From NCBI GenBank assembly GCA_029259745.1, contig JAJDEO010000069.1:129983-193982 (forward strand): DNA of 64,000 bases, given 5' to 3'. The notes below the pieces were generated by a model. The model saw only the letters and a program-made list of their open reading frames with translations. It was not told the DNA's origin and did not search any database. Below, in pieces: positions 1 to 10,005 of the stretch. Position numbers and translations under genes: made by a program. This DNA comes from Planctomycetota bacterium (GTDB lineage: Bacteria; Planctomycetota; B15-G4). The first letter of the stretch is position 1. Every line of letters begins with the position of its first letter.

Positions 1-128
1 AAGTGGTGATACCACTCGTAGTCCATGTTCGCCGCGACGAGCGCCGCGACGACACCGAGCATCAAGGGGATCGAGAGCTCGGTGAAGAGCTGAAGGAGGC
101 GCTTGCTGTTCTTAGGGTCGGAACTCAC
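1..128 (-). CDS. Na+/H+ antiporter NhaA-like protein, N-terminal part (runs off window)
   Basis: Manual translation from GTG at 128: VSSDPKNSKRLLQLFTELSIPLMLGVVAALVAANMDYEWYHH, resembling the first TM helix of NhaA (SIPL..G...AL..AN). Only ~42 codons are visible. Confidence 0.5.
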   Translation of the reverse strand, partial: MSSDPKNSKRLLQLFTELSIPLMLGVVAALVAANMDYEWYHH

Positions 129-152
129 GTCGCTCGTCCGTCGTCGGGGCGG

Positions 153-1211
153 TCAGTAGATGTCGGAATCACCCATCGTGACGGCCCAGTGCTGCTTGGC
201 CATCGCGGGGGACAGTCCCTCACCAAACGTCATGATGCAGAGGTTGAAGCGCGAGTCCTCGCGCGTCAGACCGAGGCTCGGGAGGGTACCGAAGAGAGGG
301 GTCGGAGGGGTCGTCCAGGTTTCGATCCTCGTGCCGCCGTGGGCAAGCGTGGTCCGCCCCACCGAGGCGAGGAGCGCCGCCGTGACAGCCCGATCGCTGC
401 CGTCGCCGAACCAGTCGACGATCGGAACGACGGGCTGCCCGGCCCATCCCAGACGGTAGATCGCGGCCCCGACCAACGCGCCGTCGCGCTGAGCGAGGGC
501 CGCGCGATAGGTCACATGACTCGTCGCTCGGTAGCGCCAAGCGAGGTAGTCGGGGTCTTTCCAGATCGTCAGCGCTTGCGGGTCGAGGTGTCGCTCGAAG
601 AGCGCGGCGAGCTCACCGATCACGACCTCGGGCGCGATGCCCGTGCCCGCGACGTCGGCGCTGCCGTCCCAGTCGATGACGTCGATGCCCGCGCCGGCGG
701 CCTCGTCGAGCGTCGCGATCCATCCGTCGTCCACCGTCGCCACGAGGCTCGGCATCGGGCAGTGGACGGGCTTGTAGCCGATGATGCGTGTCCCGACGGG
801 GAAGGCCTGCTCGTTGGGAAGGCCCCACATGTAGACGTCGAACGGATCGCGCCCCGGCGTGCTGTAGTACGCGATCATCTCCGTGGCAATCGTCACGAAG
901 ACACTCTTCTTGCTGAGCCGTCCGCGGTAGCGCTTGTCGACACAGGTGTCGACGGCTTGCATCGACATCTTGCGCTCGCCGCGATCGGCGCAATACGCGG
1001 GAATCGCCGAGTAGTTCGCGATCACGTCGCCGTCCGGGTCCGTGCCGACGAACGTCTGCACGCCGGCCGGATTGTCGAGGTAGATCGCGCGCCACTCCTC
1101 CACCGTGCGTCCCGCAAAGTCCGGGTTCCCCTCCGAGAACACAGCGTTGAAGAGGGACACGATCCCCTCCTCATCACCGGGTTCGTAGGGGCGGACGGTG
1201 AAGGAACTCAT
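153..1211 (-). CDS. GNAT family N-acetyltransferase (tandem GNAT/FemAB-like)
   Basis: Starts MSSFTVRPYEPGDEEGIVSLFN; acetyl-CoA motif DTCVDKRYRG; GLPN; YLAWRY; C-terminal TMGDSDIY. Start trimmed from ORF 153..1448. Confidence 0.8.
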   Translation of the reverse strand: MSSFTVRPYEPGDEEGIVSLFNAVFSEGNPDFAGRTVEEWRAIYLDNPAGVQTFVGTDPDGDVIANYSAIPAYCADRGERKMSMQAVDTCVDKRYRGRLSKKSVFVTIATEMIAYYSTPGRDPFDVYMWGLPNEQAFPVGTRIIGYKPVHCPMPSLVATVDDGWIATLDEAAGAGIDVIDWDGSADVAGTGIAPEVVIGELAALFERHLDPQALTIWKDPDYLAWRYRATSHVTYRAALAQRDGALVGAAIYRLGWAGQPVVPIVDWFGDGSDRAVTAALLASVGRTTLAHGGTRIETWTTPPTPLFGTLPSLGLTREDSRFNLCIMTFGEGLSPAMAKQHWAVTMGDSDIY

Positions 1212-1377
1212 CGGACACGGGGCTCGGACGGGCAAGATCGGGGCCGGAATCGAGCCACGAAGAATGGGAATCCAGGCCGTCGAGGGCAAGGAGATCTCTG
1301 CCGGCGACACGGCGCACATCCGTCTGGCGCCGTTCGGCGTGAACCGAAGCGCCCGATCCGAGCGAGAACTGCGCGCG

Positions 1378-1986
1378 TCAGAGCGTCTGGAGGACGAACG
1401 CGACCGTGCCGGCGGTGGCCGCCACGCCGACGAGGGCGAAGAGTCCATCGCGCCCGATCAGCGCCAGACCGAAGGTCACCACGCCCAGCGCGGGGACCGT
1501 CGATCCCCACGGAACGAGCTCCAGCGGAACCATGCACATCCCGAGAACGCTCGCCGCCACGGCGATGGCAGCCCGCTGAGGCGCTTCTCTGGTGAGGAAG
1601 TTCAGGCGTGGCTTGAGGCAGGCATCGATTCGTGCGGCCCACGGGCGGCCCTTCTCGACGGCCGACCGGAGCTTCTCTTCGTCGACCTCGCGATCCCCCA
1701 GAGCGCCGGGCAGTCGGAAGCAGCCCTTGCCCACGAGCGTGCGCAGGGACATCGCGACGATGAGCAAGCCCAACACGACCGAGATCCCGGGAATGCCGCC
1801 GACGAGGGGAAGCGCGGCGATCGCGCCGAGCACCGTGAGGAGCGCGCCGAGGGAGCGATCCGCGAACGTGTCGAGGACGTCGTTGATGGACACCGCGCCG
1901 CCGTCGCCGGCCGACTCGAGTTCGTCGAGGATGTCCTCCAGCGTGCGCAGGTCGTCGCCCCCGCCCGACTGCTCGTCGTCTGACAT
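1378..1986 (-). CDS. exoD: ExoD-family exopolysaccharide biosynthesis membrane protein
   Basis: ~200 aa hydrophobic protein with DRSLGALL, LP..GIPG, KPRL, PLELVPW..P and RDG motifs typical of ExoD. Confidence 0.85.
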   Translation of the reverse strand: MSDDEQSGGGDDLRTLEDILDELESAGDGGAVSINDVLDTFADRSLGALLTVLGAIAALPLVGGIPGISVVLGLLIVAMSLRTLVGKGCFRLPGALGDREVDEEKLRSAVEKGRPWAARIDACLKPRLNFLTREAPQRAAIAVAASVLGMCMVPLELVPWGSTVPALGVVTFGLALIGRDGLFALVGVAATAGTVAFVLQTL

Positions 1987-2071
1987 CTCGCCATCTCTCT
2001 GGGGACGCGGACGGCTTCGATGCACGCCGCCCCCGCGCGTTTCAGCGCAGCGCCGGGCTGCAACGTCGCAG

Positions 2072-3865
2072 TCACGGGCGCAGGTGTTCGCGCAGGTGGT
2101 ACGTGCCCGCGCGGACGACGGCCTCGAGGCTGCGCCAATGCGTCACGGCAACCGTGGGATCGTCGCCGAGCACGAGGATGTCGGCGATCGCGCCGGGCAC
2201 GATGCGACCGAGATCGTCGCCGCGACCGATCGCGCGCGCTGCGTCGAAGGTCGCAGCACGGAGGACGTCGCTGGGCGGCAGACCCGCTGCCCCCATGGCC
2301 TCGAGTTCGGGGAACACGGACGGGCCGTGCAGCGTCAGCGGGTTGCCGGCGTCGGTGCCCATGACGATCGGAACGCCGGCGGCATGGAGCCGGCGGAGGT
2401 TCTCCGCCATCGTCCGAGCGGCGCGTTCGTCGCGTTCGGCCGAGGCAGCGCGTGCCGCGGGCGAACGCATGCGTGCGTCGATCGTGAGTTCGGTCGTCTC
2501 GCGCACGCGCGCCGCGATCGACGGATGTACGGCATCGAGCTGTGCCTGCAACTCGTCCGTAAGCTCACCGTGGCGCAGGGACGTGTAGCCGTCGCGAACG
2601 GTCAAGGTTGGGCAATAGAAGACGCCCGCGGCGGCCGCGGCCTGCACGAAGGCCTCGTCGACGAGGCGGTCCTCGACGGAGTGCACGAGCAGCCGCGCGC
2701 CGAGTTCGACGGCGACGCGCGCCGTCTCGAGCTGCGTAGCGTGAACAACGACAGGCAGCCCGACCGACGCGGCCGCATCGAAGACCTGCTCGACGAGCGG
2801 GCGGTGGCGCTCGACGTCGCCGGGCGTCCGGATGACGTACCAGATCTTGATCGCATCGCTGCCCGCAGCGAGGTGCCCGCGCACGGCTTCTTCCACGCGC
2901 AGCTCGGGCGCGAGGTACACGAACTGGCGCGCGTCAGGCAGCCAGGCACCGAGCGCCTCGCGCGTGACGTCGAACGTCGAGAAGAGCGCACCCGTGGCGA
3001 CGACGTGCGGTGCGTCGGCAGCCAGCTCGGTGCGCTCGCCGAGCCGACGCGTCCACGGGTAGCCGCCGACGTCGAACACGGCCGTGATGCCGCTGTGCAG
3101 GAACGCACGGTGGAAGCGCTCGGGGTGGGCTTCGAGCGCCGCCATGGCCTCGTGGTACGGGTAGCGGTCGCGCATGTCGCGGGCATCGGGTCGCCCGTCG
3201 GCCCAGCCCGTCTGGCTGTAGTGGACGTGCGTGTCGACGAGGCCCGGCGTGAGGTGCTTGCCCGCGACGTCGACGACGTCGACACCGTCGGGCACTTGCA
3301 CCGACGCAGCCGGTCCGACAGCCTCGATGCGCCCGTCGCGCAGCAGCACGACGGCGTCGTCGATGCGCGCCTCGCCCGTGCCGTCATGCACCGTGCCGCC
3401 GACAAGCGCGATCGGCGGCGCCAGGGTCCCGTCCCCCGCCTCGAAGGCCGTCGTGACGACGATGAACCACTCGCCGTTCGTGCGTTGGAAGAGCCGCTCG
3501 GAGAGACCGCTCGCAACCTCGCTGCCGCGCCACGTCGTGTAGCGATACGTGCCGTAGACGAGCCCCTCGCCGATCCAGCTCAACGAGACGTCGCGCGCGA
3601 TGAGCGCGTCAGGCCACGAGTCATCGCCCGTCGCCGGTGTGCCGGCCGCCAAGGGTTCGAAGCCGAGGTCGAAGCCATCCGCGCCCGCGCGCACGAGACG
3701 CGCGTCGGGCCGGTAGCAGGAGAGGTACGCCTCGCGGTCGCGCTCCTGGATCGCCGTGATGTTGCGATCGAAGACGGCGCGCGCCGCGGCGAGATCAGCA
3801 GCCTCGTCGGCGAGGAGACACGGGGCGGCGAGGGTCAACGACAACAGGATGGACAGCCACGACAT
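2072..3865 (-). CDS. Secreted amidohydrolase with N-terminal NTF2/SnoaL-like domain
   Basis: Signal peptide MSWLSILLSLTLAAPCLLA; SnoaL-like segment, then PGLVDTHVH, DAIK, VVHA, LVHS, MGTDAG and G.IVPG..ADILVL amidohydrolase motifs. Confidence 0.85.
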   Translation of the reverse strand: MSWLSILLSLTLAAPCLLADEAADLAAARAVFDRNITAIQERDREAYLSCYRPDARLVRAGADGFDLGFEPLAAGTPATGDDSWPDALIARDVSLSWIGEGLVYGTYRYTTWRGSEVASGLSERLFQRTNGEWFIVVTTAFEAGDGTLAPPIALVGGTVHDGTGEARIDDAVVLLRDGRIEAVGPAASVQVPDGVDVVDVAGKHLTPGLVDTHVHYSQTGWADGRPDARDMRDRYPYHEAMAALEAHPERFHRAFLHSGITAVFDVGGYPWTRRLGERTELAADAPHVVATGALFSTFDVTREALGAWLPDARQFVYLAPELRVEEAVRGHLAAGSDAIKIWYVIRTPGDVERHRPLVEQVFDAAASVGLPVVVHATQLETARVAVELGARLLVHSVEDRLVDEAFVQAAAAAGVFYCPTLTVRDGYTSLRHGELTDELQAQLDAVHPSIAARVRETTELTIDARMRSPAARAASAERDERAARTMAENLRRLHAAGVPIVMGTDAGNPLTLHGPSVFPELEAMGAAGLPPSDVLRAATFDAARAIGRGDDLGRIVPGAIADILVLGDDPTVAVTHWRSLEAVVRAGTYHLREHLRP

Positions 3866-3991
3866 GATCACCTCGCTCGGGATGGAGAAGGGCGACACGA
3901 TACACGTCGCGAATGTGCCATGCCGCTGGGCGGCGCCCTCGAGGTGCGCGTGCACCCCGAACGCGCGGCGCGCGCCACCGAACTCTCGCAG

Positions 3992-6454
3992 TCAGGGAAC
4001 GCTGACTTCGACGCCGTCCGACGCGACCCAGCCCTTGGACGCCGAGGCATCGGGCAGCCATACCTGAAGCCAGAAACGCGTGTCCGCCGGAACGCCTGGC
4101 GGCCAGGGTCCGCTGGCGGACCATTGACCATTGGCGTCGGTCGCCACGCCGGGAATGAGGACATCGATGTTGGGAACGAGCACGCCGCCGGCAAGCGGCG
4201 CGTCGAGCTGCGCGAAGCCGAGCACCACAAACCCGCGCGCCAGTGCCGGGCCGCTGGTGACGACCAGCGCCGTATCGCTGCCCATCGTCAGCGAACCCTG
4301 GAGCTTCATCAGCGGCTCACCGTCGCCGCCTGCAACGCCACCGCCAACGGGCATGGTCGCAGGCTCCGCGATGAAGGGCGAAATCGTCATCTGGTTGTTC
4401 TGGCGCCCCACGGTGATGACGTCGAGGCGGCCGTCGCCAGTCATATCGGCGACTTCGAGATAGTCGGACCGAGCCGTGACGAGCCGCTCGGTCGCGCCGA
4501 AGCCCTCGCGCACGCCATAGAGCACGCGCGGCGCCTGGTACTGCCAGTCGGCGGCCACGAGGTCGAGATGTCCGTCGTTGTCCACATCGACAGCCGACAT
4601 GTCCCGCAGCCGTCCACCGACATCGAATGTCTCGCGCGCCAGTTCGCCGCGCTGCCCGTCGCCGTAGTGCACTTCGATGATCCCGTTGTCCGTGCAGACC
4701 GCGAAGTCGATGTTGCCGTCGTCGTTGAAGTCACCCGCAGCGCCACCGCGGATGTCCGCGATCGAGTCCCAGATCACGATCTCCTCGCTCGGCTCGAGGT
4801 ACACGACCCACACCTGCGCTTCGGTGGTTTTGGCGAGCATGACGTCGAGGTGGCCGTCGGCGTCGACGTCTGCCACGTCGACATCCATGCTGCTGCCGTA
4901 CTCGGTCAGCGGCGAGAACCCTCCCAGCCCATCGCCGAGTGCCGTGCGCGTGGAGCCAACGAGGTCGACATTGTCGTCACCGTCGAGATCGATGATCTTC
5001 ATGGCACCGACGCTGTCGATCGTCGGCAGCTTCTTGAAGACACCGTTGTCGGCCAACGCGATCTCCGTCTTCTCGCCCGCGATGACGACGTCTTGGTCAC
5101 CATCGCGATCGAGGTCGCCGAGGCGTAGGTAGCTGGGAAACTGCATCGTGCTCTCGATGACCCAACCGAGTTCCGTCGCACCTGTCCCGTCGTTCTCGAG
5201 CCCCATGATGAAGTCGCAGACGTACTGGTGCGGGATCATCGCATCGATGTCGCCGTCACCATCGATGTCCGCGACGTCGAAGTTCTCTGGACTCATGTCG
5301 TACGTGGTGCTGACGTGTGCCTCGGCGAACGTGGCATCGCCGAGTCCGCGCAACCACGTCACGCCGATCGACGTCTGCATGACGAGATCGAGGACTCCGT
5401 CGCTGTCGACGTCCGCCGGTTCGACAAAGAACGAGCTCAGCGTCTCGCCAGTGAACACAGTCGTGAACACACCCGTGCCGTCACCGAGCGCCACGCGCAG
5501 GACGGGCTGTGCTTGGAAGGGCAGCGCTCGCGGTTGTGAGACCACGATGAGGTCGAGCAGGCCGTCGCCATCGGCGTCGCCGAGGCTGATCTCCGTGATC
5601 ACGTCGCCGTCCCAGTCACCGGACACCGCGGCGGCCGGAAGCAACGTGCCCGACGGGTCGCCGACGAGCACGCGAACCGTCGTCAAGTCGACTTCGATCA
5701 AGACGTCGGGACGCGCATCGCCGTCGACATCACCGACCGTCAGGCAGCGGATTTGACCTCCGACGGGAAAAACCTCGGGCATCGAGAACTGTCCGGTGCC
5801 GTCGCCGAGGTGGAGGTTCAACGCATCGTTGTCTTCGTCGGTGATGAGCAGATCGTCGAACCCGTCGGCGTCGATGTCCGCGACGGCGAGGTAGGCGATA
5901 TAGCCCGTGGCAATCTGCGCGACGGGCGCGAAGGCACCGGTTCCGTCTCCGAGTAGGATTGCGCAGGTCGAGCCTTGCTGAGCCACCGCGAGGTCGGCAA
6001 AGCCGTCGAGGTTGAAGTCACTCGAGAGGAAGTCGAACGACGTCGTGACGCTCGCCGACGACACCTCGGTCCATCCGCCGGCGCCGTCGTCGAGCAGCGA
6101 GAGCAACGTGAGGCCGGAGCCGATCGTGACGACGTCGAGTCCGAACTGTCCATCGACGTCGGCGGCCACGGCCTTCACGAGCCCACTGAACGGTGGATTC
6201 GTCACTCCGACGTGCTCGACGTCGAACGCTCCCCAGCCGTCGCCATGCAGCACCGAGATCGTGCCGTCAAACGGCGACGCGACGCCGATCAAACTCGGGA
6301 TCACGACATCGAGTCGCGCATCTCCGTTGAGGTCGGCGAGCGCGAACTGCCCCGGCGTCCGACCCGATGCGAGCCGCGGGAATGCCGCAACGTCGTCAGC
6401 CTGTGCACCCAGCCCCAACGCCAGGACGGCGGCGACGATGACGTGCGCACGCAT
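3992..6454 (-). CDS. Secreted FG-GAP/VCBS repeat protein with conserved C-terminal domain
   Basis: Signal peptide MRAHVIVAAVLALGLGAQA; more than ten D-x-[DN]-x-D-G-x-x-D repeats with GDGTG..F linkers. Confidence 0.85.
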   Translation of the reverse strand: MRAHVIVAAVLALGLGAQADDVAAFPRLASGRTPGQFALADLNGDARLDVVIPSLIGVASPFDGTISVLHGDGWGAFDVEHVGVTNPPFSGLVKAVAADVDGQFGLDVVTIGSGLTLLSLLDDGAGGWTEVSSASVTTSFDFLSSDFNLDGFADLAVAQQGSTCAILLGDGTGAFAPVAQIATGYIAYLAVADIDADGFDDLLITDEDNDALNLHLGDGTGQFSMPEVFPVGGQIRCLTVGDVDGDARPDVLIEVDLTTVRVLVGDPSGTLLPAAAVSGDWDGDVITEISLGDADGDGLLDLIVVSQPRALPFQAQPVLRVALGDGTGVFTTVFTGETLSSFFVEPADVDSDGVLDLVMQTSIGVTWLRGLGDATFAEAHVSTTYDMSPENFDVADIDGDGDIDAMIPHQYVCDFIMGLENDGTGATELGWVIESTMQFPSYLRLGDLDRDGDQDVVIAGEKTEIALADNGVFKKLPTIDSVGAMKIIDLDGDDNVDLVGSTRTALGDGLGGFSPLTEYGSSMDVDVADVDADGHLDVMLAKTTEAQVWVVYLEPSEEIVIWDSIADIRGGAAGDFNDDGNIDFAVCTDNGIIEVHYGDGQRGELARETFDVGGRLRDMSAVDVDNDGHLDLVAADWQYQAPRVLYGVREGFGATERLVTARSDYLEVADMTGDGRLDVITVGRQNNQMTISPFIAEPATMPVGGGVAGGDGEPLMKLQGSLTMGSDTALVVTSGPALARGFVVLGFAQLDAPLAGGVLVPNIDVLIPGVATDANGQWSASGPWPPGVPADTRFWLQVWLPDASASKGWVASDGVEVSVP

Positions 6455-6540
6455 GACTCGAGCTCCCCAAGGGCTGGACGTTGCCGACCAGGATAGCACG
6501 CATGTTGCGGCCCTTGGTTGCGCTCCAAGCGCGGCGTCGC

Positions 6541-7464
6541 TCAGCCGCGCCAGACCTCGCGCACGACTTCCTTGATGCGGTCGATCGCTTCTTGCGGCTG
6601 CTCGTTCTTCTTCATCGTGCGCACTTCTTCCCAGCCGCGGATGGCCGTCATGATCTTGGCCGTCCACGTACCGCGCCACCCGTACGTCTTGCGGAAGTAC
6701 GCGAGGCGGTTCTTGTGCCAGATCGCGCCGAACTCGGGGAACTGGCTCGTGCTCTTGCCCTCGTGATGCAAGATGCGAGCCTCGGCGATGTAGGCCACTT
6801 TCCAGCCGCGCTCGTGCGCGCGACGGCAGAGGTCGACGTCATTGAAGAAGAGCCACAGCGCGGGGTCGAAGCCGCCCAGGGTTTCCCAGAGCTCGCGCCG
6901 GATGACGAGTGCGGCGCCGGGTGGCTGGTCGACATCACGACTTGTCGTGTGGTCGAAATCGGCCATGAAGTAGCGCGGGATCTCTTTGTTCTTCGGGAAC
7001 TTGCGATCGAAGATCGTGTCGAAGAAGAACGCTGTGCGCAGCGTGGGGAAGGTCTTGCAGGACAGCTGCGGCGTGCCGTCGGGGTGGTCGAGGCGCGGGG
7101 CGCAGATGCCGTGGCCGGGGTGGTCGTCGAGGAAGGTGACGAGCGTCGTGAGCGCGCCGGGCGGCACTTCGGTGTCGCTGTTGAGCGTCATCACGTAGTC
7201 GCCGATTGCTTCGCGCGCGCCGATGTTGTTGCCGATCGCGTAGCCGTCGTTCTGGCCGTTGCGGATCAGGCGGAACTCGTCGAACTCCGCAGCCACCATG
7301 TCGGCGCTGTCGTCGGCGCTGTCGTTGTCGACGACGATCACCTCGAACGGCAACTCGCCGGCAACGGCACGCAGCGAGGCCAGGCACGCACGCAGCAAAT
7401 CCACCGTGTTCCAACTGAGGACCACGATCGAGAGGCGCGGCGCGCTGGCCGGGTGGACAGTCAA
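6541..7464 (-). CDS. Glycosyltransferase family 2 (WbbL-like)
   Basis: SIVVLSWNT, VVDNDSADDS, N.GYAIGNN, LNSD, GGFD..LWLFFNDVDLC, HHEGKS. Start uncertain (TTG at 7464). Confidence 0.9.
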   Translation of the reverse strand: MTVHPASAPRLSIVVLSWNTVDLLRACLASLRAVAGELPFEVIVVDNDSADDSADMVAAEFDEFRLIRNGQNDGYAIGNNIGAREAIGDYVMTLNSDTEVPPGALTTLVTFLDDHPGHGICAPRLDHPDGTPQLSCKTFPTLRTAFFFDTIFDRKFPKNKEIPRYFMADFDHTTSRDVDQPPGAALVIRRELWETLGGFDPALWLFFNDVDLCRRAHERGWKVAYIAEARILHHEGKSTSQFPEFGAIWHKNRLAYFRKTYGWRGTWTAKIMTAIRGWEEVRTMKKNEQPQEAIDRIKEVVREVWRG

Positions 7465-7477
7465 AGGCAGCTCGCCG

Positions 7478-8668
7478 TCAGGCGTGGACGAGGCCCGCCG
7501 ACGCGATCGTCGCATCGGTGGGCTGCGATTCGCCGACCTTCGTCATCGAGACCATGTGGATGACCTCGAAGTCCTTGCGGCGCAGGAAACGCACGTAGTA
7601 CGTGGCCGGCACGAGGCCGTCCCAGACCGACGCCGGGATCTTGAAGTTGCGCGTGATGTCGAGGCGACCGGCCGCGAAGACGAAGCCCGGATCGGCCGAG
7701 ATCTCGGCGAGGTAGGCGCCGCTGCCCGGCACGTCGAGCACGGGTGCGGTCTCGCGTTCACCGAGGTCGACGACGTCGGCGAACGAGTGGCCCGCACCGT
7801 GACCCGAGCCGGTCCAGAGCTGGTAGGCGCCGTAGCCGAGGCTGCCGAGGACGCTGTAGCGGTTCTTGAAGAAGCGTCGGCGTGACACCTCGTAGCGGGA
7901 CATCGACGCGGCCTGTGCCTGCCCCGCGCTGCGGTTGAAGAAGTGCACGGCCTCGGCGCGTGGCACGAGGTCGGTGGTGAAACCGCGACGCTGCAAGCGC
8001 AGGCAGAGGTCGGCGTCTTCGAAGTAGAAAGGGTAGTCGGCGTCGAAGGGCCCGAGATCGCGCGCGAGGTCGGCGTCCATCACCATGCAGAAGCCCGAGA
8101 TCATCGAACTCGAAAGCGGCTCCGTGGCCGTCCACGACTCGACGGCGCGACGGCTGCGCTCGCGCGCGTGGCGCTTGCCCCACGACGTCGTCGTGCGCGC
8201 AAGGCCCTCGGACGTGAGTTCGCACAGCGACGGCAACTCGACGGGCGGCAGCAGGAAGAAGCGCTGCGCATCGAGGTAGCCGCGCGGGCCCACCAGACCA
8301 CACCCGTCGGCCTCGCGCAGATGGTTCAACAGCGCCTCGACGGCACCGCGGAACAGCATCACGTCGGGGTTCGTCATCATGACGTAGCGCCCGCGCGCCG
8401 CCTCGGCCGCGAGGTTCATCGCCGCGCCGTAGCCCGCGTTCTGCGCCGAGCGGATCAGGTTCACGCCCCGGTCGGCATCGAGCGCGGCGAGGTGTTCCTC
8501 CTCGTCGGCACCCGACGCGTTGTCGACCACGATGACCTCGAGCGAGCCCGGCTCGCCGTCGTCACCGTAGAAGACCTGCTTGCGGAGGTTCTCGACGAGT
8601 GCGCGCGTCATCGCGCCACTCTTCCAGTTGACGATCAGCGCGGAGAGGACAGGAGCGGCCGTCATCAC
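7478..8668 (-). CDS. Glycosyltransferase family 2
   Basis: IVNWKS, VVDNAS, NAGYGAAMN, NPD, FD..YPFYFEDADLC; extra C-terminal domain of ~100 aa. Confidence 0.9.
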   Translation of the reverse strand: MMTAAPVLSALIVNWKSGAMTRALVENLRKQVFYGDDGEPGSLEVIVVDNASGADEEEHLAALDADRGVNLIRSAQNAGYGAAMNLAAEAARGRYVMMTNPDVMLFRGAVEALLNHLREADGCGLVGPRGYLDAQRFFLLPPVELPSLCELTSEGLARTTTSWGKRHARERSRRAVESWTATEPLSSSMISGFCMVMDADLARDLGPFDADYPFYFEDADLCLRLQRRGFTTDLVPRAEAVHFFNRSAGQAQAASMSRYEVSRRRFFKNRYSVLGSLGYGAYQLWTGSGHGAGHSFADVVDLGERETAPVLDVPGSGAYLAEISADPGFVFAAGRLDITRNFKIPASVWDGLVPATYYVRFLRRKDFEVIHMVSMTKVGESQPTDATIASAGLVHA

Positions 8669-10005
8669 GGACTCTCAGGTTCAGGGGAAGCGTCAGGGGA
8701 TTCGGAGGACTCATCGAGCGGAGGCACGAGCTCTTCATCGATCGCGAAGCGGTGATGGAGACGCACGAGCCCGGGCATGTTCACGTCGAGCGTCACGAGG
8801 ACGTTCTTCTCGACCTGCCGATGATCGTACATGTGGACGCCGTGCTCATCGAACAGGTAGCCGACAACCGTGTATTCGCCCTCGTTCAGGCGCAGATCGG
8901 GCAGCTCGACGCGGGCGGTGTGCTCGCCGACGTCCCAGAGGGTGGGAAGCCCTTCGAGCATCGAGTTGAACGTGGCCGCGAGAACGTTGTCCGTGCGGAA
9001 GATCGCCGCCCCGACGTTGACGCCGTTGCCGGCCTGGCGCACGCGGAAGGAGAGCTCGAAGACGAGGTCGGTCCCGATCGGGACGGTGTCCGGCATCGGA
9101 CGATGGGACGTCTCGTCGCGGACGTAGAGGCGACAGGAGTCGATGCAGGGCAGGTTGTCGCCCGAGGCCTGCTCGTGCCCCGCGACGTGCTCGTTGGGGT
9201 CGTTGTCGAGCGAGCGCTCGTAGTTCGCGTACTTGAGCGTGACATCCTGCGGCAGGCCGAGCATCTCGGCGCGACCGTCCTTGATCCAGATGACCTGGTC
9301 GCAGATCTGGCGCACGTCGTAGAGGCTGTGGCTGCAGAAGAGGATCGTCTTGCCGCGCTTGCGGAAGTCGAAGATGCGGTCGATGCACTTCTTCTGGAAG
9401 TACAGATCCCCCACCGCCAGGATCTCGTCGATGATCAGGACGTCGGGGTCGATCGCCGTGGCGACGCTGAACCCCAGCCGCATGATCATGCCGGAGCTGT
9501 ACGTGCGGATCGGCTGGTCGATGAACTCACCGAGCTCGGCGAAGTCGATGATCTCGTCGAGCTTGTCTTCGATCTTGGCCTTCGAGAAGCCCTGCACCTG
9601 CGCCGCGAGGTAGATGTTCGCGCGGCCCGTGAACTCGGAGTGGAAGCCCGTGCCCAGCTCGAGCAGGCTCGCGACGTTGCCCTTGATCTCGAAGGACCCC
9701 TCGGTGGGCATCGATGTGCCCGCGAGGATCTTCAGCAGCGTCGACTTGCCCGCGCCGTTCTCGCCGATGATCCCGAGGGCCTTGCCGTGCGGGACACCGA
9801 AGCTGACGTCGGAGAGCGCCACGTGCGGCTTGTGGTACTTCTTGCGCGTGAAACTCAGCGCCTCCTTCATGCGCGCCATCGAACTCGGATAGAGCCGATA
9901 CGTCTTGCCGAGGTTGCGGGCGATGATCGCGTAGTCGGTGTCGGCGTCGAGATCGAGCGCCAGACCCGGCTCCTGCGTTTCGTCGATGTTACGGATGCCG
10001 GCCAT
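8665..10005 (-). CDS. wzt: Polysaccharide ABC exporter ATP-binding subunit with Wzt C-terminal domain
   Basis: Walker A GENGAGKST, YSSGM signature, LIIDEILAVGD..FQKKC, SH motif, C-terminal beta domain. Confidence 0.93.
   Translation of the reverse strand: MAGIRNIDETQEPGLALDLDADTDYAIIARNLGKTYRLYPSSMARMKEALSFTRKKYHKPHVALSDVSFGVPHGKALGIIGENGAGKSTLLKILAGTSMPTEGSFEIKGNVASLLELGTGFHSEFTGRANIYLAAQVQGFSKAKIEDKLDEIIDFAELGEFIDQPIRTYSSGMIMRLGFSVATAIDPDVLIIDEILAVGDLYFQKKCIDRIFDFRKRGKTILFCSHSLYDVRQICDQVIWIKDGRAEMLGLPQDVTLKYANYERSLDNDPNEHVAGHEQASGDNLPCIDSCRLYVRDETSHRPMPDTVPIGTDLVFELSFRVRQAGNGVNVGAAIFRTDNVLAATFNSMLEGLPTLWDVGEHTARVELPDLRLNEGEYTVVGYLFDEHGVHMYDHRQVEKNVLVTLDVNMPGLVRLHHRFAIDEELVPPLDESSESPDASPEPESP

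Noticed and set aside
1592-5128. 1178-aa plus-strand ORF and similar long Arg/Ala-rich ORFs (e.g. 12376..14319, 18122..20128, 37087..39162)
   Set aside because: Antisense shadows of well-supported genes in high-GC DNA; no recognisable motifs.
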